Part shown: one piece after another, positions 38,980 to 49,417 of the stretch
Position numbering within the stretch: the first letter of the stretch is position 1
How the letters are laid out: every line of letters starts with the position of its first letter
Assembly: GCA_963668025.2 (NCBI GenBank)
Contig: CAXXTH010000019.1
Coordinates: forward strand, 181,734-245,733
Direction: 5' to 3'
Source of the DNA: Candidatus Hydrogenedentota bacterium
GTDB taxonomy: Bacteria > Hydrogenedentota > Hydrogenedentia > Hydrogenedentales > SLHB01
Length of the DNA: 64,000 nucleotides
Translations under genes and position numbers: made by a program
Notes under the pieces: model-generated
What the model was told of the DNA's origin: nothing
The model's input: the letters and a program-made list of their open reading frames with translations, nothing else
The model's database searches: none

Positions 38980-39639
38980 TCATTCTCCGAATCGGATCAC
39001 TCCGAAGTATTTGGGCTGGTGAAATAACAATTCTTCTCCTATCGGAGACCACGAGGCCCAATGGGGATGGCTGCTCTTCTCGGCGCATTTGTAAAAATTC
39101 GCGCGCCATTCTTTTCCCGCTGGATCGCCAACCGGCTCAGTATAACGCTCGAGCAACTCAAAAGGAACGAAATACGCCACTGTCCATTCGAGAGGCCCGG
39201 CGTGCTCTTCCTCCATCGGGCCAGGCAAGGAATGATATACGCGCATGCCCGTGGCGGCTTCACTCGGAACCGGCTTGAACTTGCGCTGCGCAAAGTCCTC
39301 GATGCAATACAATAGCAACGTGCCGATGGCGTTCATCTCGAAATTTAAGTAGTCCTTGTCCGGGCAGGGCTGGACGAAAAACTCGACGCAGGAGTCCTCG
39401 CAGACGGGGCTTTGATATTCCGTGAACGTAGCCCGCACATAGCGATCTTCGACGTAAAACTGGATATACAGCCCTTGCGCATCGTAGAGCATGCGGGCCT
39501 GCGCCCGGGGGTGATGCGCGGAGCTTTCGGGATGGAAATGGCTTATAGAGAGGGCTTCCGCATCACGCCAGCCCGGCCCATTCCAGCCCGCGTCCAGCGC
39601 GGGCGGCTCCTCCACACGTCGAACCGTATACGAAAGCAT
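38980..39639 (-). CDS. Carbohydrate-binding family 9-like protein
   Basis: VCEDSCVEFF, YLNFEMNA.G, WRANFYKC, FHQP.YFG. Confidence 0.85.
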   Translation of the reverse strand: MLSYTVRRVEEPPALDAGWNGPGWRDAEALSISHFHPESSAHHPRAQARMLYDAQGLYIQFYVEDRYVRATFTEYQSPVCEDSCVEFFVQPCPDKDYLNFEMNAIGTLLLYCIEDFAQRKFKPVPSEAATGMRVYHSLPGPMEEEHAGPLEWTVAYFVPFELLERYTEPVGDPAGKEWRANFYKCAEKSSHPHWASWSPIGEELLFHQPKYFGVIRFGE

Positions 39640-39670
39640 TCCAGCACTTCCCCCTGCCTTGCGTACATGT

Positions 39671-39713
39671 AAAAACCGGGGGCGGCTGCATTTTGCGCAG
39701 CCCGCCCCCGGTT
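39671..39713 (-). terminator. Intrinsic terminator after transketolase
   Basis: aaccgggggcgg(g)ctgc stem followed by a T-tract on the minus strand. Confidence 0.8.
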
Positions 39714-39723
39714 AAGGTTTCGA

Positions 39724-41622
39724 TTACTTTCCGGCCATCTTCTTGATTTTGGCCAGAATGCTGTCGGGATCAAGGCCTTGAAGCGGGATCTGCTCGGAGA
39801 TGCCGCCAAGGCCCGGCTTGTGTACGCCGATATGGCTATATTTCGGGGCATAGCCGCTGGACAGCAGCCATGAACCATACCGCACGCCCAGCCCGTTGAT
39901 TTCGTTCTGGTCTTCCACCACCAGCACAAACGGCGCGGAACCGGCTTTCGCCAGCATATCCTGGTCGATGACGTTCAATGTGGGCTTATTGATCAGGCCG
40001 ACATCGATGCCTTCCTTGCGCGCGCGTTCGACGGCGTCAAGGGCGCGGTACAGCATGTCGCCAAACGCCACCACATAACCGGCCTTGCCTTCGCGGATGA
40101 CCTCATCCTTGCCGGGGACGAATTTGTAGCAGTCGCCGTAGAATTTCGTGCCGTCTTCCTTGAGGATGAACGGGGTCTTCGAGCGGTTCGTGAAGACATA
40201 CCGGACGCCTTCATCCTTCCAGATGGTTTCGACGAGCGATTTCAATTGAAGCGCGTCCGCGGCGAAATACATGCGGGTCTTGTCGCCTTCTTTCAAGGCC
40301 GAATCCGCCAGGAACAGGTTGATGCCGAAGTGGCAGGTGTTATCCGCCATCTCGTCCACGCCCGCGTGGGAGAAGTGGCAAATCACGTTGGCGTCATTCA
40401 AGCGCGCCATCGTGGCTTCCGAGATGATCATCTCGAGAAATGCCGAGAACGTGCTGAAAATGCCTTGCTTGCCCTTCGCGAAACCGAAGCCCGCCGCCGC
40501 GCTGAAATTACCGCGCTCCTGGACGCCGCCATTGATGCAGACTTCCGGGTGGGCTTTCATGATATTGTTGAGGCCCGTCGAACCGGCCAGGTCGGAATCG
40601 ACCACCAGCAAGCTTGCGATACGCTCTTCCTTGCTCATGCCATCGAGAATGCCATTGACGATATTACCGAACTCGGAACGGTTGGCCGCCATCTCCGGCG
40701 TCGAGCCTTGGAAGGAGACCGAGGTCTTGTCCACCTTGACGTTGTTCAAGAACTCGACGGCTTCCGTATAGCCTTTGGCCGTCAGATAGTCGATGGCGAA
40801 TTCTTTCTTAATGACATCATGGCCCGAATTTTTACCTTCGATGCCCGGCACGCCCGGAGCCATAAGGCGGTGGTTCACCACCGCCACCGGGCCCGAAACC
40901 GTCATGGCCTTCTGCATGCGGGTGAACAACGCATCCCAATCCTCGCCCTCGCCCGCATCCACGGTGAGGCCATGGCCCGCAAGGGTCTTCGCGATGTCGT
41001 AACCGGGGAGATAATCCTTCGGATGCCCGGAGATCGTCACGTTGTTATCGTCGATAACGAGCTTGATGTTGATGTTCTGGGCGACCGCCAAACGCGCGGC
41101 TTCCGCATCATCGCCTTCCATCTGCGAGCCATCGCTGCCAAACAGGAACACGGTCATATCCGGATTGGCCTTCGCGACGCCGTTGACGAACGGCCACAAG
41201 TGGCCCAGGCGGCCCGAGCTGAACTTCACGCCCATCTTCGGGTCATATTCCGGATGGCCGAACAGGCCATGGCCATATTCCCGGTAATGGAGCAATTTCT
41301 CGAACGGCAACTCGCCATTAAAGGCCATCATGGCGTATTGAATCGCCACACGGTGCCCGGCTTCATCAAAAAACGCTGGGTACACGGACTTGCTGCCGTG
41401 CATAAACCCATCGGCGATACACACTTCCGGGACAATGCAATACGCGCCGCCCGTGTGGCCCGCCAACCCTTTGATCCCGGCGATAGCCGTAAAAAAGACG
41501 AGGGTGTCACGCACGATTTGGATATTCGTGTGCAGTTGCGCCTTATCTTCCGCCGACAATACTGCCTTTGCCGGGTCCAGCGCCAGCGTCTTGTACTTGC
41601 TCACGTCAATTGGAAAACTCAT
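39724..41622 (-). CDS. tkt: Transketolase (single-chain, divergent type)
   Basis: GHTGG, GHPE, SGRLGH, ThDP motif SDGSQMEG...DDNN, DSDLAGS, GVQERGN, STFSAF. Confidence 0.85.
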   Translation of the reverse strand: MSFPIDVSKYKTLALDPAKAVLSAEDKAQLHTNIQIVRDTLVFFTAIAGIKGLAGHTGGAYCIVPEVCIADGFMHGSKSVYPAFFDEAGHRVAIQYAMMAFNGELPFEKLLHYREYGHGLFGHPEYDPKMGVKFSSGRLGHLWPFVNGVAKANPDMTVFLFGSDGSQMEGDDAEAARLAVAQNINIKLVIDDNNVTISGHPKDYLPGYDIAKTLAGHGLTVDAGEGEDWDALFTRMQKAMTVSGPVAVVNHRLMAPGVPGIEGKNSGHDVIKKEFAIDYLTAKGYTEAVEFLNNVKVDKTSVSFQGSTPEMAANRSEFGNIVNGILDGMSKEERIASLLVVDSDLAGSTGLNNIMKAHPEVCINGGVQERGNFSAAAGFGFAKGKQGIFSTFSAFLEMIISEATMARLNDANVICHFSHAGVDEMADNTCHFGINLFLADSALKEGDKTRMYFAADALQLKSLVETIWKDEGVRYVFTNRSKTPFILKEDGTKFYGDCYKFVPGKDEVIREGKAGYVVAFGDMLYRALDAVERARKEGIDVGLINKPTLNVIDQDMLAKAGSAPFVLVVEDQNEINGLGVRYGSWLLSSGYAPKYSHIGVHKPGLGGISEQIPLQGLDPDSILAKIKKMAGK

Positions 41623-41823
41623 GGTTCAATTCCCCTTATGGCCGAATGGTTTTGGACTGGGCTTACAGGCAGCCCTGCCTGCGGTTTTGCCTTTGGACGC
41701 AAAGGCCAAGGAAGTATAACAAACTTCCTCGTAGAATTTCCTCTTGCGCGAAGAATGATGCAGGGCTTACGCATCTAATAGTGCTCAAGAGTCGATTTAT
41801 CCTGTTGTGCATGATTTTTTCTG

Positions 41824-42123
41824 TCAACGTGGCCTGGGATTTTTCGCTTGGGGGAAGGTCTTTGCGCGCTCACGGCGGGTTTGCTTGACGACTTCGTCCA
41901 CGTAGCGTTCAGCCAGCTTCATGAAAGCCTGGTAGCCATTGATGGCCTCTTTTAGGAACTCGGTTTCGCGCGCCGGCACATAGCGAACCACGTTCTTCTC
42001 GTTCTCCCAGCTCTGGTGGTTAAAGTGGGGACGCCCGCCCATTTGACAGAGCTTTCCGCGCTCCATCCGCTCAATCTGCGCCATGCGCTCCAGCAATGCT
42101 TGCATCTTTTTGGTGTGCTTCAT
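41824..42123 (-). CDS. Small basic IS-associated protein (DUF6788-like)
   Basis: MERGKL..., HQSWENEKNVVRYVP, helical C-terminus; lies inside the TIRs; homologous fragment at 23008. Confidence 0.7.
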   Translation of the reverse strand: MKHTKKMQALLERMAQIERMERGKLCQMGGRPHFNHQSWENEKNVVRYVPARETEFLKEAINGYQAFMKLAERYVDEVVKQTRRERAKTFPQAKNPRPR

Positions 42124-42130
42124 GGATTTT

Positions 42131-42160
42131 AATATATAGAATTCTATATACTAGAGTCAA
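42131..42160 (-). promoter_or_regulatory. Promoter plus palindromic operator candidate between the divergent IS genes
   Basis: TTGACT-18-TATATT-7-ATG on the minus strand; perfect 18-bp palindrome TATATAGAATTCTATATA at 42133-42150. Confidence 0.55.
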
Positions 42161-42194
42161 CAGTGCTTCGGCGCATGAATGAAAGGAGCACCCC

Positions 42195-43352
42195 ATGACC
42201 GCTGAAAAGAAATCCCTGCCCAAGCCCAAGCCTATTATCGAGTGTTTCGCGGGCCTGCCTGATCCCCGCATGGACCGGACCCGCAGGCACAACTTCATTG
42301 ACATCTTGATGATTGGGCTATGCTCAGCCCTCGTGGGCGGGGAGAGCTTTTCGGATATGGAGCGCTTCGGCTGGCTCCGGGAGGATTGGCTGAAGGGCTT
42401 CCTGGAATTGCCCGGCGGCATCCCCTCGCACGACACCTTCAACCGGGTCTTTTCCGCCCTCGACCCCCATGCCTTCCTGGAGTGCTTCGGCCAATGGGTG
42501 TAGGGCATTTGCCCCAATCTGAGCGATGAGGTCGCCGCCATTGACGGCAAAGCCCTGCGGCGCGCCTTGAATCAGGGGGAGGCCATCCCCTACATCGTCA
42601 GCGCATGGGCTTGCGAGCACGGCCTGGCGCTGGGGCAGGTCAAGGTGGACGAGAAATCCAACGAAATCACCGCCGTCCCCAAACTCCTCAACGCCTTAAA
42701 GCTCAAGGGAGCCATCGTCACCCTGGACGCCATGGGCTGCCAGAAGGATATCGCCTCCCACATTATCCAACGGCAGGCCGACTACGTGCTGGCCCTCAAA
42801 GGCAACCACGCCACCGCCCTAGAAGAAGTGAAGGCCTTTTTCAAGGACGCCGTTCCCCCTTGCGCCACCCAGTGCGCGCCAACAGCCGACGCCACACGGA
42901 TGGATTTCCACCAGACCATCGACAAGGGGCATGGCCGCATCGAAACCCGCCGATACTGGCAATCCACCGACTTGGGCTGGTTCGAGGACAAAGGACTTTG
43001 GAAGGGCCTCAAGAGTTTCGGCATGGTCGAGTCCATCCGCAAGGAAAAAGGGAAGAACACCATCGAGCGGCGCTACTACTTGAGCAGCCCGCCCCTCGAC
43101 GCACGACGATTCGCCCACGCCGTGCGTGGACACTGGGGCGTGGAAAACAATTTGCACTGGTGCCTAGACATTATCTTTCGCGAAGACGACAACCGCGCCC
43201 GAACAAGAAACGCCGCCCAGAATCTCGCCTCCTTGAGGAGAATTACACTCAACCTCCTCAAGAAAGACAAGACCAACAAAGATTTCCTCAGGGGCAAGCG
43301 CTTCGCTGCTGCACTCGACCCCGAATACCTTCTACGTTTACTGGGAATTTAG
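42195..43352 (+). pseudogene. ISAs1 transposase with an in-frame TAG (42501-42503)
   Basis: LPDPR, GIPSHDTFNRVF, AIDGKALR, KSNEITA, TLDAMGCQ, LKGN, HGRIETR, HWGVENNLHW; both ORF halves share one frame. Confidence 0.9.
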
Positions 43353-43378
43353 ATGCGTAAGCCCTGACACCTCCTACA

Positions 43379-44522
43379 CCAGGAGTTCCCCCAGAATTTA
43401 CAGAGGAAACTGCTTTCATGGGGAATCGAAAGCGAACAGGGTCATCTGGGACGATTTGGAGAGTTGTTTGGGCGTCACAGGGGCGCCTGGGCATCGGGTC
43501 AGGATCGCTCGTAATCCGTCTGCAAGGGCGTAGTACTTGAAGTCGGGAATGCCGAAGAGCCGTTTGGCGGCCTTTTCCACGAAACCAGCCATCACGCGCA
43601 GGCGGGAATCCTGGTCGAGCACGCAAGCCGCGAAATACATCGCCGCCAACACCAGCGGCATTAAGTTTTGCAGGCCTTGGTAATTCAACACCCGAACGTT
43701 CTCGATGTCATAACAGGTTTTGGCGTAGCGAATGGTTTCTTCAATACTCCAGCGTTTGAGGTAGGCGCGGACCATGCGCCACAGGCCGCGGCGGCCCACG
43801 TGGGCCGCCACCGCATCTATCCCGCGCAAAATCTCGTCATTCTCGCTGGTAAAGCCCGGCGCATCGGCGGACCATAACCGCTGATACAAGGGAATGATGC
43901 CATCGGAATCCACCCCGCACCCGGCGATGTGAAGCGTCCAATACCCCTGGGCCAAATCGTGCGCGCTGCCGTCATGCACCGTGGCCAGATACTCCATCTT
44001 TTTGGCGTACTTCTTGGAAAGGTCCGAAGGGTCAATGATGAGCAGCGTGTCCTGTCCCACCCGGCTCGCGGCCATGCGCAGTACGTTTTCCTGGATAGTT
44101 TTCTCCAGCTCGGGCCGTTGCAAATTCCTCGATAGGCGGTTGTGCGTTTTGCGCAGGGGAATATCCTCCTCCAGGGTTCGTCCTATCTCCGTGAGCAGCA
44201 CCGATTCGGAAGCCTGAATGCCGTACACCATCTGGGAAACGAAGCGTTGGGCCGCTACACAAAGGCCTTTCGAGAGATCCCCCGAAAATCGCCCTATGCG
44301 AACTCGCAAGTTTCGAGCAACTCTGGTAGCATTCATCGGCGGTCCTCCTTGATTGCGTTGGAGTTGGGGCTTTTGACACCAAGATTCTGACGCACCAAGG
44401 AGACCGTTTCAATTAAACGAAAGATCCCCCAAAATTCGACAAAGACACTTCTATAGACGGGTAACTCTATTCAATACAATTAATTGCGGTTATAAACCCC
44501 CATTTCTTGGGGGAACTCCTGG
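43379..44522 (-). mobile_element. IS4-superfamily (DDE_Tnp_1-like) element, internally deleted
   Basis: 15-bp perfect IR ccaggagttccccca (43379-43393) / tgggggaactcctgg (44508-44522). Confidence 0.8.
43416..44336 (-). pseudogene. DDE transposase with an in-frame internal deletion
   Basis: IIDPSDLSKKY and YLKRWSIEE are present, but the DRG (second Asp) region is missing: GRRGLW joins directly to RMVRAY. Confidence 0.7.
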
Positions 44523-44940
44523 AATTTCTTCCTATCGTACCACCGATTCAATGATTACTGGAAATAACGTGCAGGATAAGCCCACTGTCTTGACGTACAC
44601 CCAGATTCTGATACAAGCATCCGTAAAACTCGCACATGTTGTAGATGTGGAGTCCTCGCTGCAAATGGGATCTCTTCCTTGATCATCTGACTTTTTTAGG
44701 AGAACCTCACGTGCGCGATTAGTAACCATTGCCGCAATCACACAAAACTTACTCACAAATGCGCGCGTGATTTTGGCGCTATGTATCTAAAACTCCCGAA
44801 TTATCGAGCGATTCTCATCTGTATCTCATGCATTTGCTTACATATACAACAGTTTCTATTATCTCCCGGTGCGTGTATGTGCATCATTAGACGTAAAGCT
44901 GATCCATATCATGGATCTGCGAACAACGAAAGGAACACCC

Positions 44941-45996
44941 ATGCCGAAAGAAACGATGTCGCCCCGCGAGCGCTGGCAAGCCGTATTGAGCCGCCAAAAG
45001 CCTGATCGGGTTCCCATGGATTACTGGGCTACGGCCGAGGCGACGGATCAATTATGCAAACACATGGGGTGCGATTTTGATGAAGTGCAGCGCCGGTTGC
45101 ATATCGATAAGCCCCAGCCTTTGGGCGGAGCATATGTGGGCCCGGCGTTTCCGGAGTACACGGATTATTTCGGATTGCGAATGAAGTTAGTGGATTATGG
45201 AACCGGAAAGTATTACGAAGCCGATAACGCCCCGTTGGCGCAATTCCAATCCATTGATGAAATGGAGGCGGAATACCAATGGCCCAGCCCGGACTGGTTT
45301 GATTATTCCCACCTTCCCGAACTTGTAAAAGGCAAAGAACACCTGGTGTGGCAGGGAGGCACTTCAGAACCGCTGCTTTTTTATAAGGCATTGCGCGGGT
45401 ATGAATTGGCGTACATGGATTTACTCGAACGCCCGGAACTCGTGCATTATTGCCTCGATAAGCTCTTCGAGCTGGCGTATCAAAACGCCCAGCGTATTTT
45501 TGAAGCCGTTCCTAGCGTGGTTTTGCTTAGTTATGTCGCGGAAGACCTTGGCGGACAAGATACTCTTCTGTATGCCCCTGAGCATATTCGCGAATTCCTG
45601 CTTCCCCGCATGAAGCGGATGGTGGACTTGGCGAAGCAAAACGGCGCATTCGTGTTCACCCATTCCGATGGCGCGGTGCATGACATCATCCCGGATTTGA
45701 TCGGCATCGGAGCCCAGGCATTGAATCCCATTCAATGGCGCTGCACAGGCATGGAACGCGAACGTCTAAAAGCCGAATTCGGGAACCGGCTAGTTTTCCA
45801 TGGCGCGGTGGACAACCAATACACCTTGCCGTTTGGCACGGTGGAAGAGGTGCGGCAGGAGGTCATCGACAACCTCCGCATCCTGGGCGCGGGCGGCGGT
45901 TATATTATCGCCCCGTGCCACAACATCCAATCCGTATCACCGCCGGAAAACGTCATCGCCTTGTATGAAACCGGCTACGAAGAAGGCTGGCGCTGA
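44941..45996 (+). CDS. Uroporphyrinogen decarboxylase (UroD/MtaA) family protein
   Basis: MSPRER..., PDRVP, EDLGGQ, HSDG, LNPIQ, FHGAVDNQ, GGYIIAPCHNIQ...PPEN. Confidence 0.9.
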   Translation: MPKETMSPRERWQAVLSRQKPDRVPMDYWATAEATDQLCKHMGCDFDEVQRRLHIDKPQPLGGAYVGPAFPEYTDYFGLRMKLVDYGTGKYYEADNAPLAQFQSIDEMEAEYQWPSPDWFDYSHLPELVKGKEHLVWQGGTSEPLLFYKALRGYELAYMDLLERPELVHYCLDKLFELAYQNAQRIFEAVPSVVLLSYVAEDLGGQDTLLYAPEHIREFLLPRMKRMVDLAKQNGAFVFTHSDGAVHDIIPDLIGIGAQALNPIQWRCTGMERERLKAEFGNRLVFHGAVDNQYTLPFGTVEEVRQEVIDNLRILGAGGGYIIAPCHNIQSVSPPENVIALYETGYEEGWR

Positions 45997-46136
45997 GTGT
46001 TCAAGGAGACGGATTCTATAATCACACGGCACACGAAATATGCCGAAATCTGGATAACACTCTAACCGCATCGGGCAATTCGGATGGTTTTGGGCATATG
46101 CGCCTGTCTATACCACCGAATGCTTGCCCGGTTTTA

Positions 46137-46442
46137 TCACCATCCCGAATCTTCGGGAAAACAGGTTATAAATTTCCGGCTCGAACGCGGCTGCGCCATC
46201 ATGTCCGCGACCGTATCGCGCCATTTCGCGTAATGGGCGGTTTCCTTGTGCTGGGCAGGGGCGTCCGGTGTGCGGTACGCTTCGACCAATACGAAGCGGG
46301 TGGGCTCATCCGCCTGCTGCACGATATCGAAGCGGGCGATGCCAGGCTCTTGCACGCTGTGGCGGGCGTTCTCGAGTGTGGCGGCTTTGAACGCCTCGAT
46401 ACATTCCGGCTTGACCACTACATCCACATGCACGATCAACAT
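46137..46442 (-). CDS. ABM-family dimeric alpha-beta barrel protein (LsrG-like)
   Basis: [13 protein letters not shown]...[13 protein letters not shown]...HKETAHY; GGGAGG RBS. Confidence 0.88.
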   Translation of the reverse strand: MLIVHVDVVVKPECIEAFKAATLENARHSVQEPGIARFDIVQQADEPTRFVLVEAYRTPDAPAQHKETAHYAKWRDTVADMMAQPRSSRKFITCFPEDSGW

Positions 46443-46467
46443 GGCGAACCTCCCTTCCGTTATGGCA

Positions 46468-46541
46468 TAGCCGCAACCAAAGATACGGATTTTAGGACTA
46501 CTATATACACTAAAAATTGTAGGGTGGGGCTTGCCCCACCG
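46468..46541 (+). repeat. Composite repeat (TAGCCGCAACCAAAGA + ACTA..ATACACTAAA + GTAG-REP)
   Basis: tagccgcaaccaaagatacggatttt...tacactaaaaattgtagggtggggcttgccccaccg. Confidence 0.75.
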
Positions 46542-46558
46542 CTGGAGTTTCTCCATTA

Positions 46559-47379
46559 TCAAGCAGCCGCGGCGCTTGCCATTGTTGCTCTGGACGTTTC
46601 TATGCCGAGTGGACGGAGCAAATGGGGCTGTTCGTCCATCTCTTTTCTCAATAGAGTGATGAGAGCGAGGCACGATGGGCGTGTGGCGTGTTTTCGCCAC
46701 CGTGGCAGCGGGGCGTATGCGCTATTTCGTTCGGGGCCAAAGGTTTTTATGGCGGCCAGTAGCAATGCGCTGTAGGCGGCGACGGCAAGCGGGGGCTGCT
46801 TGGGTACGGCATTGGGGTTCCAGAGCTGAGCTTGTCCGACGCCCAAGGTGTCCTTTTCCTCGCGATGGTTGACTTCAATCTGCCAGCGGTCGAAGTAGAT
46901 CTGGAGCAGCCTCTGTGCGGCGTGAACCCTGTCGGTACAAAGAAGGTAGGCTGGTTGCCGGTAATAAAGCTTACTGCTTTTCCGCTTGCGGTAGGGGGTG
47001 GGAGCGATAGCGAAAAGGCGGAGGGGAAGACGGCGCGCGCCGCCTTGCCAGTAGAGGGTCTTTATTTCCTTGTAGCGGACCTTGCGGCGTTTGCCGCCGT
47101 AGAATAGCTTCGTAGTCTTCCAGGGGATGCTATCGTCCTGGCGTACTTGCTCGGGGGTGAATTTTTCTTGGGCATAGAAACGCCGCGAACCCTCTGGAGC
47201 GCCAAAGCATAGGACTGCGTCCTTGCGGGCACGGGCGATGAGGTGGGTGCGGTCGCGTTCAGCGCCGAAGACGGTCTGGTTGCAAAAGCTGCCGTCGAGG
47301 GCCATGACCAAGGTTTTCTCCCTGGCGCCGACGGCGTCGAGGGATGCGCGCAAGGAGCCCATCATCGCCACGCAATGGG
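46559..47379 (-). pseudogene. IS701/IS4-like DDE transposase, 5' part lost at the IS1380 boundary
   Basis: LDGSFCN, YLLCTD, YFDRWQIEVNHREEKD.LG; the sequence beyond the IS1380 does not continue the ORF. Confidence 0.75.
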
Positions 47380-47384
47380 TTGAA

Positions 47385-49075
47385 CCTAAAAACGCCAGTT
47401 GAATCTTGAGTGTCGAGCAGGAAGTAGTTCAAGATAAAGAACATGGAAACAGAATCGCAACAGCAAGATGCTCCCCCATTGGGAGAGGAGGAATGGTTGT
47501 CTTTGGAGGCGCCGATTTTCGTAGATAGCTACGGGGGCCGGGTGCATGTGGAATGGGACCGGGAGGCGGCAACGACGCCGTTTGGCCAGTTGGCGTTCTT
47601 TATCGATTTCCTCAAGACGGCGGAGCTTTTTGAAGCGTGGGTGGAGGACTGTCCGCTGGCGTACGCCAGCAATAATGCGCCGCGCAAGAGGGATGTGCTG
47701 GGCACGCTATTTTTATCAGTGCTGGCGGGCCACACCCGCTATGCGCACATTGACGCGGTCCGTTACGACGCGGTGAACCCGGGCTTGCTGGGTATGAGCA
47801 AGATCATGAGCGCCTCCTCGGCGCGGCGGGCATTTATACTGGCGGACGGGGAAGCCTGCGCGGGCTGGCTACAGAAGCACCTGCGCCGCTGTTATGAGCC
47901 GTTGCTTTATGAGCCTTGGATTTTGGACGTGGATACAAGCGTGAAGCCCCTGTTCGGCCATCAAGAAGGGGCCGTGCTGGGCTACAATCCGGCGAAACAG
48001 GGCCGTCCTTCTCATGTGCTGCATACCTATTTTATGGCGAACACGCGCTTGGTGCTGGACGTGGAAGTCCGGCCGGGCAACGAGACGGCGGCGAAATACA
48101 CCATGCCTGGATTGTGGCATTTTCTCGATGGCTTGCCGCGCGCGGCCTGGCCGGGCATGATTCGCGGCGACTGCGCCTTCGGCAACGAACGCGACATGAG
48201 CGAAGCCGAAGCGCGCGGAGTGCCCTATCTGTTCAAATTGCGGCAGACCAGCAACGTGAAACGGCTTATCCAGCAGGCCTTTTGTTCTAAGGACTGGACG
48301 CCAGCAGGCCAAGGCTGGGAAGGTTTGGAAGACCGTCTGGAGCTTATGGGATGGACGAGCAAACGCCGGGTAATCGTTCTGCGGCGCAAGCTCAAAGGGA
48401 GTATCGTTCTGGAAACGGAGCCGCTATTGCCTGACCCCTCCCCCCAACTACAGCTCATCGAGATCCAAGCGGGAGCCGTGCAGCAGTATGAATACGCGCT
48501 GCTGGCCACTTCGCTGACAGACCCCCTATCGGCCTTGGCCCAGCATTATCGCGACCGGGGCGATGCGGAAAACATCTACGATGAACAGAAAAACCAGTGG
48601 GGGTGGGGCGGGTATACCACCCACGATATGAAGCGCTGCCAAATCATGGCGCGAATCATAGCCCTGATTTACAATTGGTGGTCTTTGTACGTGCGCTTGG
48701 CGATTCCGGAGCGCCACGCCGAAGCGATCACGAGCCGCCCTCTGCTGCTCTACGGCGTGGGACAGCAGACCCGCCACGGAGGCCAAACCACGCTCACCAT
48801 CACCCCCGTGCATGCGCAAGGACATGCTATGGAACAAGTTCTGAAATCCGTAAACGCCTTTTTATTGGAGGTGAAAGCAACTGCGCGGCAGTTGAACTGG
48901 AACGAACGATGGCGGACGATCCTCAGCCGGATCTTCGCCAAAATACTCGAGGGAAGGCCGCTGGCCACCCCCAACCTGCTGCCGGCGCCAACGTAAAGAG
49001 CGGGACAGGACAGTTATTTCTTTACAAAATTGGGCTGGAAAAATCCCAAAGCAAGTTCCTACTGCCTTTTTTAGG
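47385..49075 (+). mobile_element. IS1380-family element
   Basis: TIRs cctaaaaacgccagt / actgccttttttagg (13/15 match); flanks ttgaa / ttcaa are not a perfect duplication. Confidence 0.85.
47443..48996 (+). CDS. IS1380-family transposase
   Basis: LDVDTSVKPLFGHQEGA..GYNP, IRGDCAFG, YRDRGDAENIYDEQKNQWGWGG. Confidence 0.9.
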   Translation: METESQQQDAPPLGEEEWLSLEAPIFVDSYGGRVHVEWDREAATTPFGQLAFFIDFLKTAELFEAWVEDCPLAYASNNAPRKRDVLGTLFLSVLAGHTRYAHIDAVRYDAVNPGLLGMSKIMSASSARRAFILADGEACAGWLQKHLRRCYEPLLYEPWILDVDTSVKPLFGHQEGAVLGYNPAKQGRPSHVLHTYFMANTRLVLDVEVRPGNETAAKYTMPGLWHFLDGLPRAAWPGMIRGDCAFGNERDMSEAEARGVPYLFKLRQTSNVKRLIQQAFCSKDWTPAGQGWEGLEDRLELMGWTSKRRVIVLRRKLKGSIVLETEPLLPDPSPQLQLIEIQAGAVQQYEYALLATSLTDPLSALAQHYRDRGDAENIYDEQKNQWGWGGYTTHDMKRCQIMARIIALIYNWWSLYVRLAIPERHAEAITSRPLLLYGVGQQTRHGGQTTLTITPVHAQGHAMEQVLKSVNAFLLEVKATARQLNWNERWRTILSRIFAKILEGRPLATPNLLPAPT

Positions 49076-49417
49076 TTCAAAGGCTTCCGTGAGGCATTCG
49101 TACGGGATGCTTTCGAGCCGGGACGGAATTGAGAGTATGCTGCCTTTTTGTCCCTCGGGCTCCGACAGCTTAACTACCCGAACCAGCAACGCCCGCCAAA
49201 CGGATCCAGTACGCACGGCTCCCGTTCGACCTCACTCTGCGGCAATTGGCCAGCCGGTTGTTGTTTGCCAAGACAAGGCCTGGCGCTGGGAGATAGCCCG
49301 ACAGCAGCCGCCGGAACACATCATGGACCTGATTGCCCGTATGCTTCATCTTCAAAGCAGCAGACCTGGACGGAATAGCTGGACAATCGCGCCTATCAAA
49401 TGGGAATGCGTCCGCAC

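Larger units (their letters stand above)
41761..43366 (+). mobile_element. ISAs1-family element with a divergent accessory ORF
   Basis: Perfect 18-bp TIRs cagggcttacgcatctaa (41761-41778) / ttagatgcgtaagccctg (43349-43366); no target duplication visible. Confidence 0.92.

Noticed and set aside
40246-41778. Long antisense ORFs (e.g. 40246..41778, 8842..10233, 20294..21616, 17662..18873, 61093..62190)
   Set aside because: Shadow frames of well-supported GC-rich genes, with no recognisable motifs
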